From assembly GCA_947589835.1 (NCBI GenBank), contig CANQCT010000002.1, forward strand, positions 1 through 59,785: 59,785 nucleotides of DNA, written 5' to 3'. This stretch comes from an uncultured Clostridia bacterium (GTDB taxonomy: Bacteria > Bacillota > Clostridia > TANB77 > CAG-508). Of this stretch, positions 37,659 through 47,526 are shown piece after piece (positions within the stretch are counted from its first letter, which is position 1; each line of letters opens with the position of its first letter). The position numbers were made by a program, and so were the translations under genes. Under the pieces are notes generated by a model, which did no database searches, was not told where the DNA came from, and saw only the letters and a list, made by a program, of their open reading frames with translations.

Positions 37659-39416
37659 CTATACTTCGTCACTACTGTATCTTGCTTCTGTGTACCATGC
37701 ATTGACTTTATAGTATTTTCCTAAAAAGCTTGGTTGATACCAATCTAGTTCATAAGTTGGCTCTTGAACTACCTCTCCGTTTTGATTTATTACTCCCCAT
37801 TTGCCATCATCTTTTATACCTGCAAATCCATATTCGTTAAAATCTGTAATCATTTCATAGTTTGCTTGTACTTTTATATTTCCTTCTCTATCAACAAATA
37901 CCCATTTATTATTTATATTTTTTGCTAAAAGGGTATTGTTTGGAAATACATCTTTTGCTTCTAATTTGTTTCCGTTTTCATCATAGTATAAAAAATTATT
38001 TTCTGACGCTAACATAATGTATTTTTTAGGATTTATGCTAGAAGCCTTATATTCTCCAATTACTGCATTATTCATACTAGCTACTTTTTCTATTTTCATA
38101 TTGTATAGCTCAATAGTTTTTGTATCTGACATTTCTGCTTGAATTAAATTTGTGTCATTAAATTTAAAAATACTTGTGTATTTAATTTCTACTACAACTT
38201 CACCTTTACTATTAATAATTCCATTTTTTCCTTCTTTAGCAACTATAAAATAGTTTCCTGGTAAGTATCCAATGTATGAATAGTTGTCATCTATAATTTT
38301 ATTTCCGCTAGCATCTACCACAGTATATATATCGTTTTTATCTATTGCAATATAATAATTTGGATTATCTGTTTGTGTTATACTAATACTTTCAGTTTGT
38401 ATTTGATTTCCTTGTAAGTCAAACATAAGGCTTTCATCACCTTTAATAGCATTTAAGTAAATTCCTCCAGATAGAATTCTATCATATTCTGAATGTAAAA
38501 TTGTTTGGCCTTCTTTTTTAACAACTCCTTGCTTTCCATTACGTGTTGTAATGAAAATATCGTCAACAGCATAATAAGAAATTTCTTGGTATTCATAATT
38601 TAATATTACTTGTTTGTTTTTTAATAATCCAGCTTGTCCTTCTTTATAGGCTATAAAATAAATGTCTTTTTCACTAGGAATTTGTGTAACTCTTTTTAGC
38701 TGAGTATATTCTGTATTTAGTATGGTATGTCCGCGAAAATCTATATAACCATATCTAAATCCGTTTTCTGTTTTTTTGCTTACAATGAAGCCTGTTGTTT
38801 TATTTTTAGTGGTTTCATTATAGTAATTATCAGAAGTGATTGTTTCGTATTCATTTTTGATAATTACTTTTCCTTTCATATTAATAACTCCAGCTTTTCC
38901 ATCTTTTTTAACTAAAAATGTTCCTTCTTTATAATTAATACTGCTTATTTCATCATAAATTGGTTTTGTTACAACTTTTCCTTCTAAAGTAATTAAACCA
39001 TATTTTCCATCTTTTTGATATGATAGTACACTTTTTTCATAAGGGCTAGAATCTATGTTAGTGCTAATAGATATTGCTTGTACTCCTTCATAATCTGTAA
39101 ATATTTGTGTGCCACTATCGTTAAATACTGTTGTTTCGTAAGTTTTGTTTTCTTGGTTATAGCTACTTACACATATAAAAACTGGTTTAGAAGGGTTTGG
39201 AATTTGAATAGCTATATAATTAGGCTCAATAATAACATTTCCGTTTTTATCAATAACGCCATACTTAGATTTTTCAGTAAGTACAAAATAGTTATATTCT
39301 TTAATTTCTTCTATGTCATATTGCATACTTAATTCGTTTATTACTATAATAGCTGTAACTACTGCTATTAGTAGAATAATAACTGCTAAAATAATCCATT
39401 TTAATTTTCCCTTCAT
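37659..39416 (-). CDS. WG/KWG-repeat membrane-anchored protein
   Basis: N-terminal TM segment, then many repeats of the form ..KYGVIDKNGNVIIEPNY.. / ..KAGVINMKGKVIIKNEY.. / ..KWGVINQNGEVVQEPTY. Confidence 0.75.
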   Translation of the reverse strand: MKGKLKWIILAVIILLIAVVTAIIVINELSMQYDIEEIKEYNYFVLTEKSKYGVIDKNGNVIIEPNYIAIQIPNPSKPVFICVSSYNQENKTYETTVFNDSGTQIFTDYEGVQAISISTNIDSSPYEKSVLSYQKDGKYGLITLEGKVVTKPIYDEISSINYKEGTFLVKKDGKAGVINMKGKVIIKNEYETITSDNYYNETTKNKTTGFIVSKKTENGFRYGYIDFRGHTILNTEYTQLKRVTQIPSEKDIYFIAYKEGQAGLLKNKQVILNYEYQEISYYAVDDIFITTRNGKQGVVKKEGQTILHSEYDRILSGGIYLNAIKGDESLMFDLQGNQIQTESISITQTDNPNYYIAIDKNDIYTVVDASGNKIIDDNYSYIGYLPGNYFIVAKEGKNGIINSKGEVVVEIKYTSIFKFNDTNLIQAEMSDTKTIELYNMKIEKVASMNNAVIGEYKASSINPKKYIMLASENNFLYYDENGNKLEAKDVFPNNTLLAKNINNKWVFVDREGNIKVQANYEMITDFNEYGFAGIKDDGKWGVINQNGEVVQEPTYELDWYQPSFLGKYYKVNAWYTEARYSSDEV

Positions 39417-39456
39417 ACCCTTTTTCTTCCTTTCATTTTTTATATATTTCTTTTGT

Positions 39457-40773
39457 TTATTCTTCAGGTTCTTCTATTTTTTCTTGTCCGTTTTTACATA
39501 TTTTAACCCATTGTATTCTTTTATCTTCATATTTTTCAATGTGATATGTTAATTGCTCATCTTCAATGGTAGGATTTTCATTTTCTTCAGGTAATCTGCC
39601 TAGTTTATCTATTAAATACCCTGATAGTGTTTCATAGTCTCCTTCTGGAATTTTTATATCTAAAATTCTTTCTAATTCATAAAGGCTCATATTTCCTTCT
39701 ACTAAGTATGTGTTGTTATCAATTTTTTTGTATTCTACTTCTACTTCATCGTACTCATCAAATATATTGCCTACTAGTTCTTCTAAAATGTCTTCCATTG
39801 TAAGTAAACCAGAAGTTCCGCCATATTCATCTACAACTATTGCCATTTGCATTTTATTAGTTTGTAGTTCTTTAAATATTTCATCTATTGGTTTTGTTTC
39901 TGGAACAAAATATGCTTCTCTTAAAATGTTTTTTATTTCAATTTTTTCTCCTGAACTAACAAATTTTAAAATATCTTTTAAAAATAAAATGCCTTTAATA
40001 TCGTCTATTGTTTCTTCATATACGGGTATTCTGCTATATTTGTATTCATCTATTTCATCTAGAATTTCATATAAATTTTGATTTATTTCAATTGCATACA
40101 TTTCTGTACGGTGTGTCATAATTTCTGAAGCAACAATGTCATTTAATTCGAATACATTGTTAATTAATTCTTTTTCTGCTTCTTCTATTGAGCCTTTTTC
40201 TTCACCTTCATCTACCATCATTTTTATTTCTTCTTCAGTAACAACTTCTTCATCTTGTTCACTTACTCCAAATATTTTAGAAATTACAGTAGTTGCACTT
40301 GTTAATAATTTTACAAAAGGTGCTGTTAAAATAGATATTGTTCTAATAGCTCCAACTGTACCAAATGAAATTTTTTCATAATATTTCATTGCTAATCTTT
40401 TAGGAACAAGTTCACCGAATACAAGTGTAAAAAATGAAAGTATTAATGTAATAATTACTATTGAAATGCTTCTCCATATTGAAATACTTAAAAATGGCAT
40501 TAAATTATTTAATGCTGGTGCTAATACATCTGCAAATGCATCTGATGCAAAAGCACTTGATAAAAATCCTGCTAAGGTAATTCCTATTTGGATTGTTGCT
40601 AAAAATTTGCTTGGGTTTTTTAGCATTTTTTGAATTTGTTTTGCTTTTTTATTTCCTTCCCTAACTTGTTTTTCTATTTTGGCATCATTTAATGATATAA
40701 AAGCGATTTCTGTTGCTGCAAAATAGGCATTAAGTAAGATTAAAATTGCTAAAAAAAGTATTTGTGAAATCAT
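39457..40773 (-). CDS. HlyC/CorC (CNNM/DUF21-CBS-CorC) family transporter
   Basis: DUF21 TM region, a CBS pair and a CorC_HlyC C-terminal domain (..YETLSGYLIDKLGRLPEE..). Start at MISQILF (aaggaga SD). Confidence 0.85.
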   Translation of the reverse strand: MISQILFLAILILLNAYFAATEIAFISLNDAKIEKQVREGNKKAKQIQKMLKNPSKFLATIQIGITLAGFLSSAFASDAFADVLAPALNNLMPFLSISIWRSISIVIITLILSFFTLVFGELVPKRLAMKYYEKISFGTVGAIRTISILTAPFVKLLTSATTVISKIFGVSEQDEEVVTEEEIKMMVDEGEEKGSIEEAEKELINNVFELNDIVASEIMTHRTEMYAIEINQNLYEILDEIDEYKYSRIPVYEETIDDIKGILFLKDILKFVSSGEKIEIKNILREAYFVPETKPIDEIFKELQTNKMQMAIVVDEYGGTSGLLTMEDILEELVGNIFDEYDEVEVEYKKIDNNTYLVEGNMSLYELERILDIKIPEGDYETLSGYLIDKLGRLPEENENPTIEDEQLTYHIEKYEDKRIQWVKICKNGQEKIEEPEE

Positions 40774-40900
40774 ATATTCTCCTTTTTGGTTTGTGACCGC
40801 ATTATATGGAATAATTATATATTTTCTCTGCTTGTATGTCAATAAATGTGCCATATTTTAATTAAGAAACCGTACTAGTTAATAGTCATAATTATATTAA

Positions 40901-41016
40901 CGCTCGAATAGTACTATTTTTCGCAGTTTTGAGAGGTCCCGTTCTGACTTTACTTCTCTGAGCCTACTACTGCAACGGGCAATTTGAAAAACAAGAAAAC
41001 TAGTACTATTCGAGCG
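40901..41016 (+). repeat. Hairpin repeat family A, copy 4
   Basis: cgctcgaatagtactatttttcgcagttttgagaggtcccgttctga...ctgcaacgggcaatttgaaaaacaagaaaactagtactattcgagcg. Confidence 0.85.
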
Positions 41017-41074
41017 GCTTAGCTATAAATCCATTAATTAGTAACTAGAAAACGTTACTAGTTAGTGTTTTTAC

Positions 41075-41095
41075 CCGAATAGTACTATTCGAGCT
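41075..41095. repeat. Core-less palindrome identical to the fused ends of family A (cgaatagtactattcg)
   Basis: cccgaatagtactattcgagc is the left and right termini of copy 4 without the ~95 nt core. A similar site lies at 32162-32185 (cttaactagtactatttaag). Confidence 0.7.
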
Positions 41096-41121
41096 TTAAT
41101 ATAATTAACTTATATACTAAC

Positions 41122-42387
41122 TTAAAAGCCTGTTGCAGGAAGTCTCTTATTGCTAAAATGCTGTTCTTTAGGTTCTTCTGGAACTACTTTTTCTCCTTCG
41201 TCTATAAAATTATCTACCTTAATTTCTACTATTTCTTGATTAGTAGTATCTACTTTAATTAATTCATTGTATCCATAATAACCGTTTGGAGCAATTGCTT
41301 CTTCTAGATAGTATGTTCCAGGTGCAAGGCCTGAAATTTCTATAATGCCTTCTTTATTTGTTATTAATTCAGAATAAAGTATGGATTTATTTTGGTCTAA
41401 TAAATTAAATACTGCTCCTTGCAATGGTTTTTGGCTATCTCCATCTTGTTTTAAAACTTTTATTTTTGTTGTATTTATTTCATAATTTTGATTATAAATG
41501 CCTTCTACTTTTTCATATTCTCCTGCTGTAATAGCGTAATCTTCATATTTGCCTTCTAAATCTTTTGCATGATAGATTGGATATGTTTGCAAAGAAGATG
41601 TTGCATGAATAGCAAATTCCCCAGAAATAGGTAAACTTGATACAGGTATTACAATTTTAAATTTTTCGTTTGGTAAAAAGTCAGGATCTGATACATTATT
41701 CATTCTTCTTGCTTCAACTTTTGAAAGATTTTTTCCTGTAAGGCAAATTTCATAGTTTTTGTTTGGCGCTGATGAAGTTACAGTATAAGTTTTGCTAACA
41801 TAATTTCCATCTACATCATCTACTTTCCACTTTGAAGCTTCTTTAATTTCTAAGGTTCCTATTGTTTTAGATTTTTCGGCTTTTCTAGCTTTTTCAATAA
41901 TTGATTTTGCAGCAGCTACAGTAGATGCATCTTCTTCATTTACCTGAGTTAATTTTTTTAAATCATAATTATAATAAGCATCATATACTGCTATTTGCGT
42001 TGCTGCATAGGCTCTTTCTATTGTGCTACAGCCTAAATCTTCTGCACTCACAAAAGGATATCCATTAGTAATTGCTCTCCAAACTTTTTGATTAGTTACT
42101 AAGCCATCTATTCTTACTTTATAGTCGTTAGATTCTGAAAAACCAGTTTTTTCTTTATTTAAGCCGTAGGCTGGATATTCAATATCTTTTTTATAAAAAA
42201 CAAGTTCCATTTCAATTGGGCTACCTTTATATTTAAAGTATGTAGCTTGTCCTTTAGAATATAAATCTGGGTCGTCATCTGGTAGTACAGTAGCATTTGT
42301 TTTACTTTGCCATAAGAAAATTGAAAAATTAGCTATTATCATTGTTATTATCATTAGTATGTATATTATTTTTTTTGTTTTAAACAT
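41122..42387 (-). CDS. Sortase-substrate surface protein: thioester-domain-like N-terminal part + CnaB/SpaA-type domain, LPATG motif but no membrane anchor
   Basis: Signal peptide, a TQIAVY motif (TQxA[IV]W-like) and a CnaB-type segment ..GAVFNLLDQNK...TNKEGIIEISGLAPGTYYLEEAIAPNGY. It ends ..KRLPATGF*. Confidence 0.75.
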   Translation of the reverse strand: MFKTKKIIYILMIITMIIANFSIFLWQSKTNATVLPDDDPDLYSKGQATYFKYKGSPIEMELVFYKKDIEYPAYGLNKEKTGFSESNDYKVRIDGLVTNQKVWRAITNGYPFVSAEDLGCSTIERAYAATQIAVYDAYYNYDLKKLTQVNEEDASTVAAAKSIIEKARKAEKSKTIGTLEIKEASKWKVDDVDGNYVSKTYTVTSSAPNKNYEICLTGKNLSKVEARRMNNVSDPDFLPNEKFKIVIPVSSLPISGEFAIHATSSLQTYPIYHAKDLEGKYEDYAITAGEYEKVEGIYNQNYEINTTKIKVLKQDGDSQKPLQGAVFNLLDQNKSILYSELITNKEGIIEISGLAPGTYYLEEAIAPNGYYGYNELIKVDTTNQEIVEIKVDNFIDEGEKVVPEEPKEQHFSNKRLPATGF

Positions 42388-42464
42388 TTTTTTCCTCCTT
42401 GTATATGTTTTCTATTTTTTTAGTAATTTTTTCATAAATTACTTTTATTTTTTAACATATTTTT

Positions 42465-43373
42465 TTATTTTATTATATTATTTGCAACTTCTACTGCTTG
42501 CACGCATCTTCTGTAATCTTTTCTATTTTCTTCACAAGTAATTAAAGTAATGCGGTTATCTTTTGTACTTTGCAAATAACTCCAATCGGTTTGCAGAATA
42601 ACTTTGTTAGTTTGTACTTTATACACTCTTTTATTATTTGCAGTAGTATAAATTATTTCATCTCCTATTTCTAGATTTTTTATATCTTGAAAAAAGTTAC
42701 ATTTATAGCCTCTGTTATGTGCTGCTAAGCCTACATTTCCTTGCCATTTGCTAGTTTCTTCAAAATGCCCAATAGATGTTAATAAAACTGATGATGTAAT
42801 TCCTTCTGATATATGTGCATCTAAGTTTATTTTAGGTATTTGAATTCTCCAAGTTTTTTCTTTATTTTCTTCAAGCACCTGTGTTTGAGTTTTTTCGTTT
42901 GTGTTTTGTTCTAAATTTGGCTCTTGCGAAGAATTTGATTGTAAATTATTTTCTTCTAAAGTAGTTTGATTTGTGTTAAATTCTTTGCTAGGTTCATTTG
43001 CATTATTTGTGTTATTTTGATTAATATTTTCAATATTAGTAGTGTTTTGTGTTAAAGTATTTGTAGAATTTTTATTAGATTTTTCTAATAATTTTGTTGA
43101 TAATTTTAAAGTATTTTCACTAGTGTTTAATAAAGCTACATTTAGCTTGTTTTTTAATAGAAAATCGTTTTGAGTATTGTTTTCAGAATTTTCGTTATAA
43201 TAGTTTGGAACTTTTATTGAATAATTTGAAATTACTCTAGTATACAAATTATTATCTGGATTTTTTTCTTTTGAATTTTGAAAATATGAATAAATAATAC
43301 AAAATGATACAAACAAAGTTAGAGCCAGAACAAAGCTTAAAAAGCTTACATTTCTTTTTGTATAATTAATCAC
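42465..43373 (-). CDS. Sortase (TLxTC catalytic motif)
   Basis: ..VGLAAHNRG.. and ..RITLITCEEN..R.. motifs. An N-terminal TM segment. An Asn/Gln/Thr-rich low-complexity linker. Confidence 0.85.
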   Translation of the reverse strand: MINYTKRNVSFLSFVLALTLFVSFCIIYSYFQNSKEKNPDNNLYTRVISNYSIKVPNYYNENSENNTQNDFLLKNKLNVALLNTSENTLKLSTKLLEKSNKNSTNTLTQNTTNIENINQNNTNNANEPSKEFNTNQTTLEENNLQSNSSQEPNLEQNTNEKTQTQVLEENKEKTWRIQIPKINLDAHISEGITSSVLLTSIGHFEETSKWQGNVGLAAHNRGYKCNFFQDIKNLEIGDEIIYTTANNKRVYKVQTNKVILQTDWSYLQSTKDNRITLITCEENRKDYRRCVQAVEVANNIIK

Positions 43374-43739
43374 ATATACTGCACCTGCCTTTTTTAATAT
43401 TGAATTTAGTTTTGAAATTTAATTTAAGAAATTAATTTTTCATATTTAGAATAATAATGTAAGTTATTGCTGAATTAATTTTTTATGCTTAAAATAATAA
43501 TGCTTAAAATTATTAAGGATTTAATTTTATAATAAAAATGCCTTTGATAAAATTTTATTGATATAAGGTAAATTAATATTGCTTAATATGAATAATTTTG
43601 AACTTTCTTATAAATTAAAAAAATTGCAATTTTTAAAACTGCAATTATAATACACCAATTTTATTAATTTGTAAAGAACTTTTCATCGACTTATTTCGAC
43701 ATTTGATACTGTATAATATGCATAATTAATTGCATTATG

Positions 43740-43853
43740 GCTTGAATAGTACTATTTTTCGCAGTTTTGAAAGGTCCCGTTCTGAACCTTCTTCTTTGAA
43801 CTTTACTCCTGCAACGGGCATTTGAAAAACAAGAAAACTAGTACTATTCAAGC
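43740..43853 (+). repeat. Hairpin repeat family A, copy 5 (first unit of a 162-bp tandem duplication)
   Basis: gcttgaatagtactatttttcgcagttttgaaaggtcccgttctgaacc...ctgcaacgggcatttgaaaaacaagaaaactagtactattcaagc. Confidence 0.85.
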
Positions 43854-43901
43854 TATTAACTATAAAACCATTAATTATTAACTGACTTTTGCTAATTAAT
43901 T

Positions 43902-44015
43902 GCTTGCATAGTACTATTTTTCGCAGTTTTGAGAGGTCCCGTTCTGAACCTTCTTCTTTGAACTTTACTCCTGCAACGGGCATTTGAAAAACAAGAAAAC
44001 TAGTACTATTCAAGC
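43902..44015 (+). repeat. Hairpin repeat family A, copy 6 (second unit of the tandem duplication)
   Basis: Nearly identical to copy 5. The 48-bp spacer (tattaactataaa.ccattaattattaactgac.tttgctaattaattgc) is also duplicated and overlaps the histidine kinase stop. Confidence 0.85.
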
Positions 44016-44057
44016 TATTAACTATAAAGCCATTAATTATTAACTGACATTTGCTAA

Positions 44058-45572
44058 TTAATTGCTCAAATTAATATCAAAATAAAATTCTACACCATTT
44101 TCCTTATTTGATACCCCATAACCATTTTTATAATTAGTTTGAATTGCTTTTACAATAGAAAGCCCTATTCCGCTTCCGCCATTTTCTCTATTTCTAGAGC
44201 CATCAACTTTGTAAAATCTACCCCAAACTCTATCTAAATCATCTTTGTCAATATTTTTTCCAGTATTAAATACAAATGCTCTTGCTTTATCGCCATTTTT
44301 CTCTATTCTAATTTGAATTTGTTTTTTTCCATCTGTGGTGCTTTCCGCATTTTTTATTGCATTTGTAAAGTAATTTGTTACAATTTGGTCAATGTAAAAG
44401 TCATCTGCATATACATAAACAGGCTCAGTTTGATTAAAAATAACTTCTATGCTATTTTCTTCAAGCATAACATTACATTTTCTAATTACTTCTTTTATTA
44501 GTTCATTTAAATCAAATTTTTTATCATTAAACTCTCTTTTACCATATTCTAGTTTCATTAATTCTAAAAGTTGTTTTACTAGCTGATCCATTTTATTAGA
44601 TTCATCTAAAATTACTTCTGCATAAAATTTTCTAGATTCTTCATCTTTGTTTACATTTTCTATTAAGCCTTCTGCATAGCCTTGTATTAAAGCTATTGGA
44701 GTTTTTAGCTCATGCGATACATCTGAAATAAATTGTTTCCTCATTTCATCAATTTTAGATTTTTCTTCAATATCCTTTTCTAGCTCTTTATTGTTTTCTT
44801 TTAATTGATTAATGGTAGATTCTAGCTTATCTGACATAGTATTAATATTTTTTCCAAGCTCGTTTATTTCATCATCTGAATCTGTAATTCTATATTTTTT
44901 GCTAAAGTCTAGCCTTGCCATTTGATTTGTAATTTCGCTCAGCTGTGATATAGGGTTTGTAAATTTGCGTGTAATAAATGATATTGCAAAAGATGCTATA
45001 ATAATAGTAAGAAGTCCTATTAAAATTAATGCTTCATTAGATATTCTAACGCTTTCTTCTATTGGTGCTATTGGAATTCTAATATATAGGTTATATTCAT
45101 TTACAAGCTTTCCGCTTAATAATATGTAATTTAAGTTATTTGTAGAATCTGTTATTTTTGTAATTTGCATATTTTCATCTTTATAAATTAAATTTGGACC
45201 TTTTATTTGTTCTTGCATATTTAGCAAATTAGTAATTTTTTCTACATTTTCTAGTAAGTCTCTATTAGTTGAAAACACTATTAAATTTGTATCTGCTTGT
45301 ATTAAAATATCAAAATTATTTTTATATGCAATTTTTTTAAGCTCGGTTTCTAAATTTTTGTCCAAGCTTGGATTTGCATAATAATCATTAATTTTTTGAT
45401 ATACTTCTTTAATAGTTTTTGTTTTGCTATACATATAAAAATTTTCTAGTACTAGCCTATTTATAGCAATTAAACAAAATACTAAAAACATAATAAAAAT
45501 ACAAAACGTAATAAATAGCTTAAATCTTACTGACTTAAATTTTTCTTTTATTTTTTTCATATTTTTGTTCAT
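44058..45572 (-). CDS. Two-component sensor histidine kinase
   Basis: Two TM segments, HAMP, the H-box FISDVSHELKTPI, and N/G boxes (..NAIKN.., ..GGSGIGLSIVK..). Confidence 0.9.
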   Translation of the reverse strand: MNKNMKKIKEKFKSVRFKLFITFCIFIMFLVFCLIAINRLVLENFYMYSKTKTIKEVYQKINDYYANPSLDKNLETELKKIAYKNNFDILIQADTNLIVFSTNRDLLENVEKITNLLNMQEQIKGPNLIYKDENMQITKITDSTNNLNYILLSGKLVNEYNLYIRIPIAPIEESVRISNEALILIGLLTIIIASFAISFITRKFTNPISQLSEITNQMARLDFSKKYRITDSDDEINELGKNINTMSDKLESTINQLKENNKELEKDIEEKSKIDEMRKQFISDVSHELKTPIALIQGYAEGLIENVNKDEESRKFYAEVILDESNKMDQLVKQLLELMKLEYGKREFNDKKFDLNELIKEVIRKCNVMLEENSIEVIFNQTEPVYVYADDFYIDQIVTNYFTNAIKNAESTTDGKKQIQIRIEKNGDKARAFVFNTGKNIDKDDLDRVWGRFYKVDGSRNRENGGSGIGLSIVKAIQTNYKNGYGVSNKENGVEFYFDINLSN

Positions 45573-45628
45573 TCCTTTTTTTGTATTAGATTATTTTTTA
45601 CATATTTTTGCACTCTAATTATTGTTTT

Positions 45629-46306
45629 TTATTTTATTTCAAATTTATATCCTACACCTCTCATGGTTTCTATGTATTTGCCTTTTTTACCTAGTTTATG
45701 CCTAATTTTTTTAATATGGCTATCTATGGTTCTTGAATCTCCATAATAATCATAGTTCCACACATTATTTAAAATTTTATCTCTAGATAGTGCGATGCCC
45801 TGGTTATCTACTAAATATTTTAGTAATTCATACTCACGAAGACTCATTTCAACTTGTTTGCCATCTACTTTTACAGTTCTTCCATCTGAATCTATGGTAA
45901 TTCCGCCATATTCTTGTACATCTTTTCTGTTTCCCATACTTCTTTTTAATATAGCTTCTACTCTTGCTACTAAAATTTTAGGGCTAACTGGTTTTGAAAT
46001 ATATTCATCTACTCCTAGCTCAAAGCCAAATAATTCATCTTGCTCTTCTCCTCTTGCAGTTAGCATAACAATAGGAACTTTTGAAGTTTGCCTAATTTGG
46101 CGAAGCACAGACCAACCATCTAATTTTGGCATCATAACATCTAATAAAATTAAGTTTATTTTGCTTTGATTTTCTTCAAATACTTTTAAAGCTTCTTCAC
46201 CATCTGCCGCTTCTAAAATAGAATAGCCCTTTTGCATTAAAAAATCCTTAATTAGCTTTCTCATTCTAGATTCATCATCCACAACTAATATTGTAATATC
46301 GTTCAT
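45629..46306 (-). CDS. OmpR-family response regulator
   Basis: Receiver ILVVDDE...LILLDVMMPKLDG plus a winged-helix C-terminus ..LSLREYELLKYL....G...SRD.IL..VW......SRTIDSHIKKIR.KL. Start at MNDITIL (aaggag SD). Confidence 0.9.
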   Translation of the reverse strand: MNDITILVVDDESRMRKLIKDFLMQKGYSILEAADGEEALKVFEENQSKINLILLDVMMPKLDGWSVLRQIRQTSKVPIVMLTARGEEQDELFGFELGVDEYISKPVSPKILVARVEAILKRSMGNRKDVQEYGGITIDSDGRTVKVDGKQVEMSLREYELLKYLVDNQGIALSRDKILNNVWNYDYYGDSRTIDSHIKKIRHKLGKKGKYIETMRGVGYKFEIK

Positions 46307-46421
46307 TTCATACTCCTTTTCAAAAGCATATTTTTTATTCACATTCATTATACATTATAACTATCAATTATGTCTAGAGTGTGAAGAATTTGTTAATAGT
46401 TAATAGTTATAATTGAATTTT

Positions 46422-47426
46422 TTATACAATATATTTAATTTCATTACTTGGAAAGTATTTTTGCATAAGGTCTCTTAAATAAATTTCTGCTTCTGCCCTT
46501 ACTTCTTTATTGTAGGTATATTTTCCTTTACCTCTACCTGTCATAATATTAGGGTCGTATAAGTTAAGCAAAGTTGGAAAAGCCTCTTCGTTTATTTTGC
46601 GATGTATATAACTATATGTCATAAAAATAATTTCAAAAAATACTTCTTCTTTTACTTTTTTACTTAAGTTTTCTGCTAAATACTCTACTAACTCTTTATA
46701 CTTTTCTCGCCAGTTTTCAACTAATATGATAGGAGCTATTAAAATTCCTATTTTATAGTCTGCATCTGCTAATTTGTTAATTGCCTGTACTCGTTTTTCT
46801 AAGGGAGATGTGCCTATTTCAATTGTTCTAATTATTTCTTTTGGATTTACACTCATACGTACAATTATTTTCCCGTTATGTTTTAAAGGCAAAATTGGGT
46901 CCACCATATCAAATTTAGTTGGGAATGTTAAAAACCCTTTTTCATTATTACAAAAATTTTCTATTGTCCAGTTTAAGTTGCCTGTAATTGTGTTTTCTAA
47001 AATCAAGTCACTATTGCTTCCTATTTCAAAAGTTAGGTTTTTTTCGGCTTTATTTGCTACTTTTATAATCTTTTCTAGCATTTGTTCTCTATTTACAAAT
47101 AGTCTTAAATATGCACATTTGTTATAGTTACAAACTAAATAGCAATAAAGGCACATTGCAATACAGCCAGATGATGTATATGGTACTAAAAAATCAGAAG
47201 TTTTATGGTTTGGAACAAAATTATGTGTTTTTCTAATTCCTATAATTAAGTTTTGCTTCATATTTGGAAATTCACTATTTTGCTTTTTTCGCATTTCTTC
47301 TATATTGTTATGGTTTTCTATTTCTATACAAGGAATGTTTTTTTCTCTATACTCCTGTAATAGCTTTTTTCCAAGTTCATAATTTTCGCTTTGCTTTTCA
47401 TAATAAACTGATTTAGGCAAAAACAT
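46422..47426 (-). CDS. splB: Spore photoproduct lyase
   Basis: 334 aa with the radical SAM cluster CIAMCLYCYL and typical SplB length and architecture. Confidence 0.8.
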   Translation of the reverse strand: MFLPKSVYYEKQSENYELGKKLLQEYREKNIPCIEIENHNNIEEMRKKQNSEFPNMKQNLIIGIRKTHNFVPNHKTSDFLVPYTSSGCIAMCLYCYLVCNYNKCAYLRLFVNREQMLEKIIKVANKAEKNLTFEIGSNSDLILENTITGNLNWTIENFCNNEKGFLTFPTKFDMVDPILPLKHNGKIIVRMSVNPKEIIRTIEIGTSPLEKRVQAINKLADADYKIGILIAPIILVENWREKYKELVEYLAENLSKKVKEEVFFEIIFMTYSYIHRKINEEAFPTLLNLYDPNIMTGRGKGKYTYNKEVRAEAEIYLRDLMQKYFPSNEIKYIV

Positions 47427-47526
47427 AAGTAATTTCTCCTTTCGAATTTACTTATATTCTTGCCTATTTAAGCTTTATTATTCAGACTTTTTATTTTATA
47501 AAATTTATTTTTTAAATATGTTTATT

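Noticed and set aside
43735-44013. 92-aa minus-strand ORF with an internal duplicated sequence
   Set aside because: It is simply the translation of the two tandem family A repeat copies. The equivalent frame is closed by stop codons in copies 2 and 4, and the ATG is replaced by ATTG there, so it is not conserved as coding.
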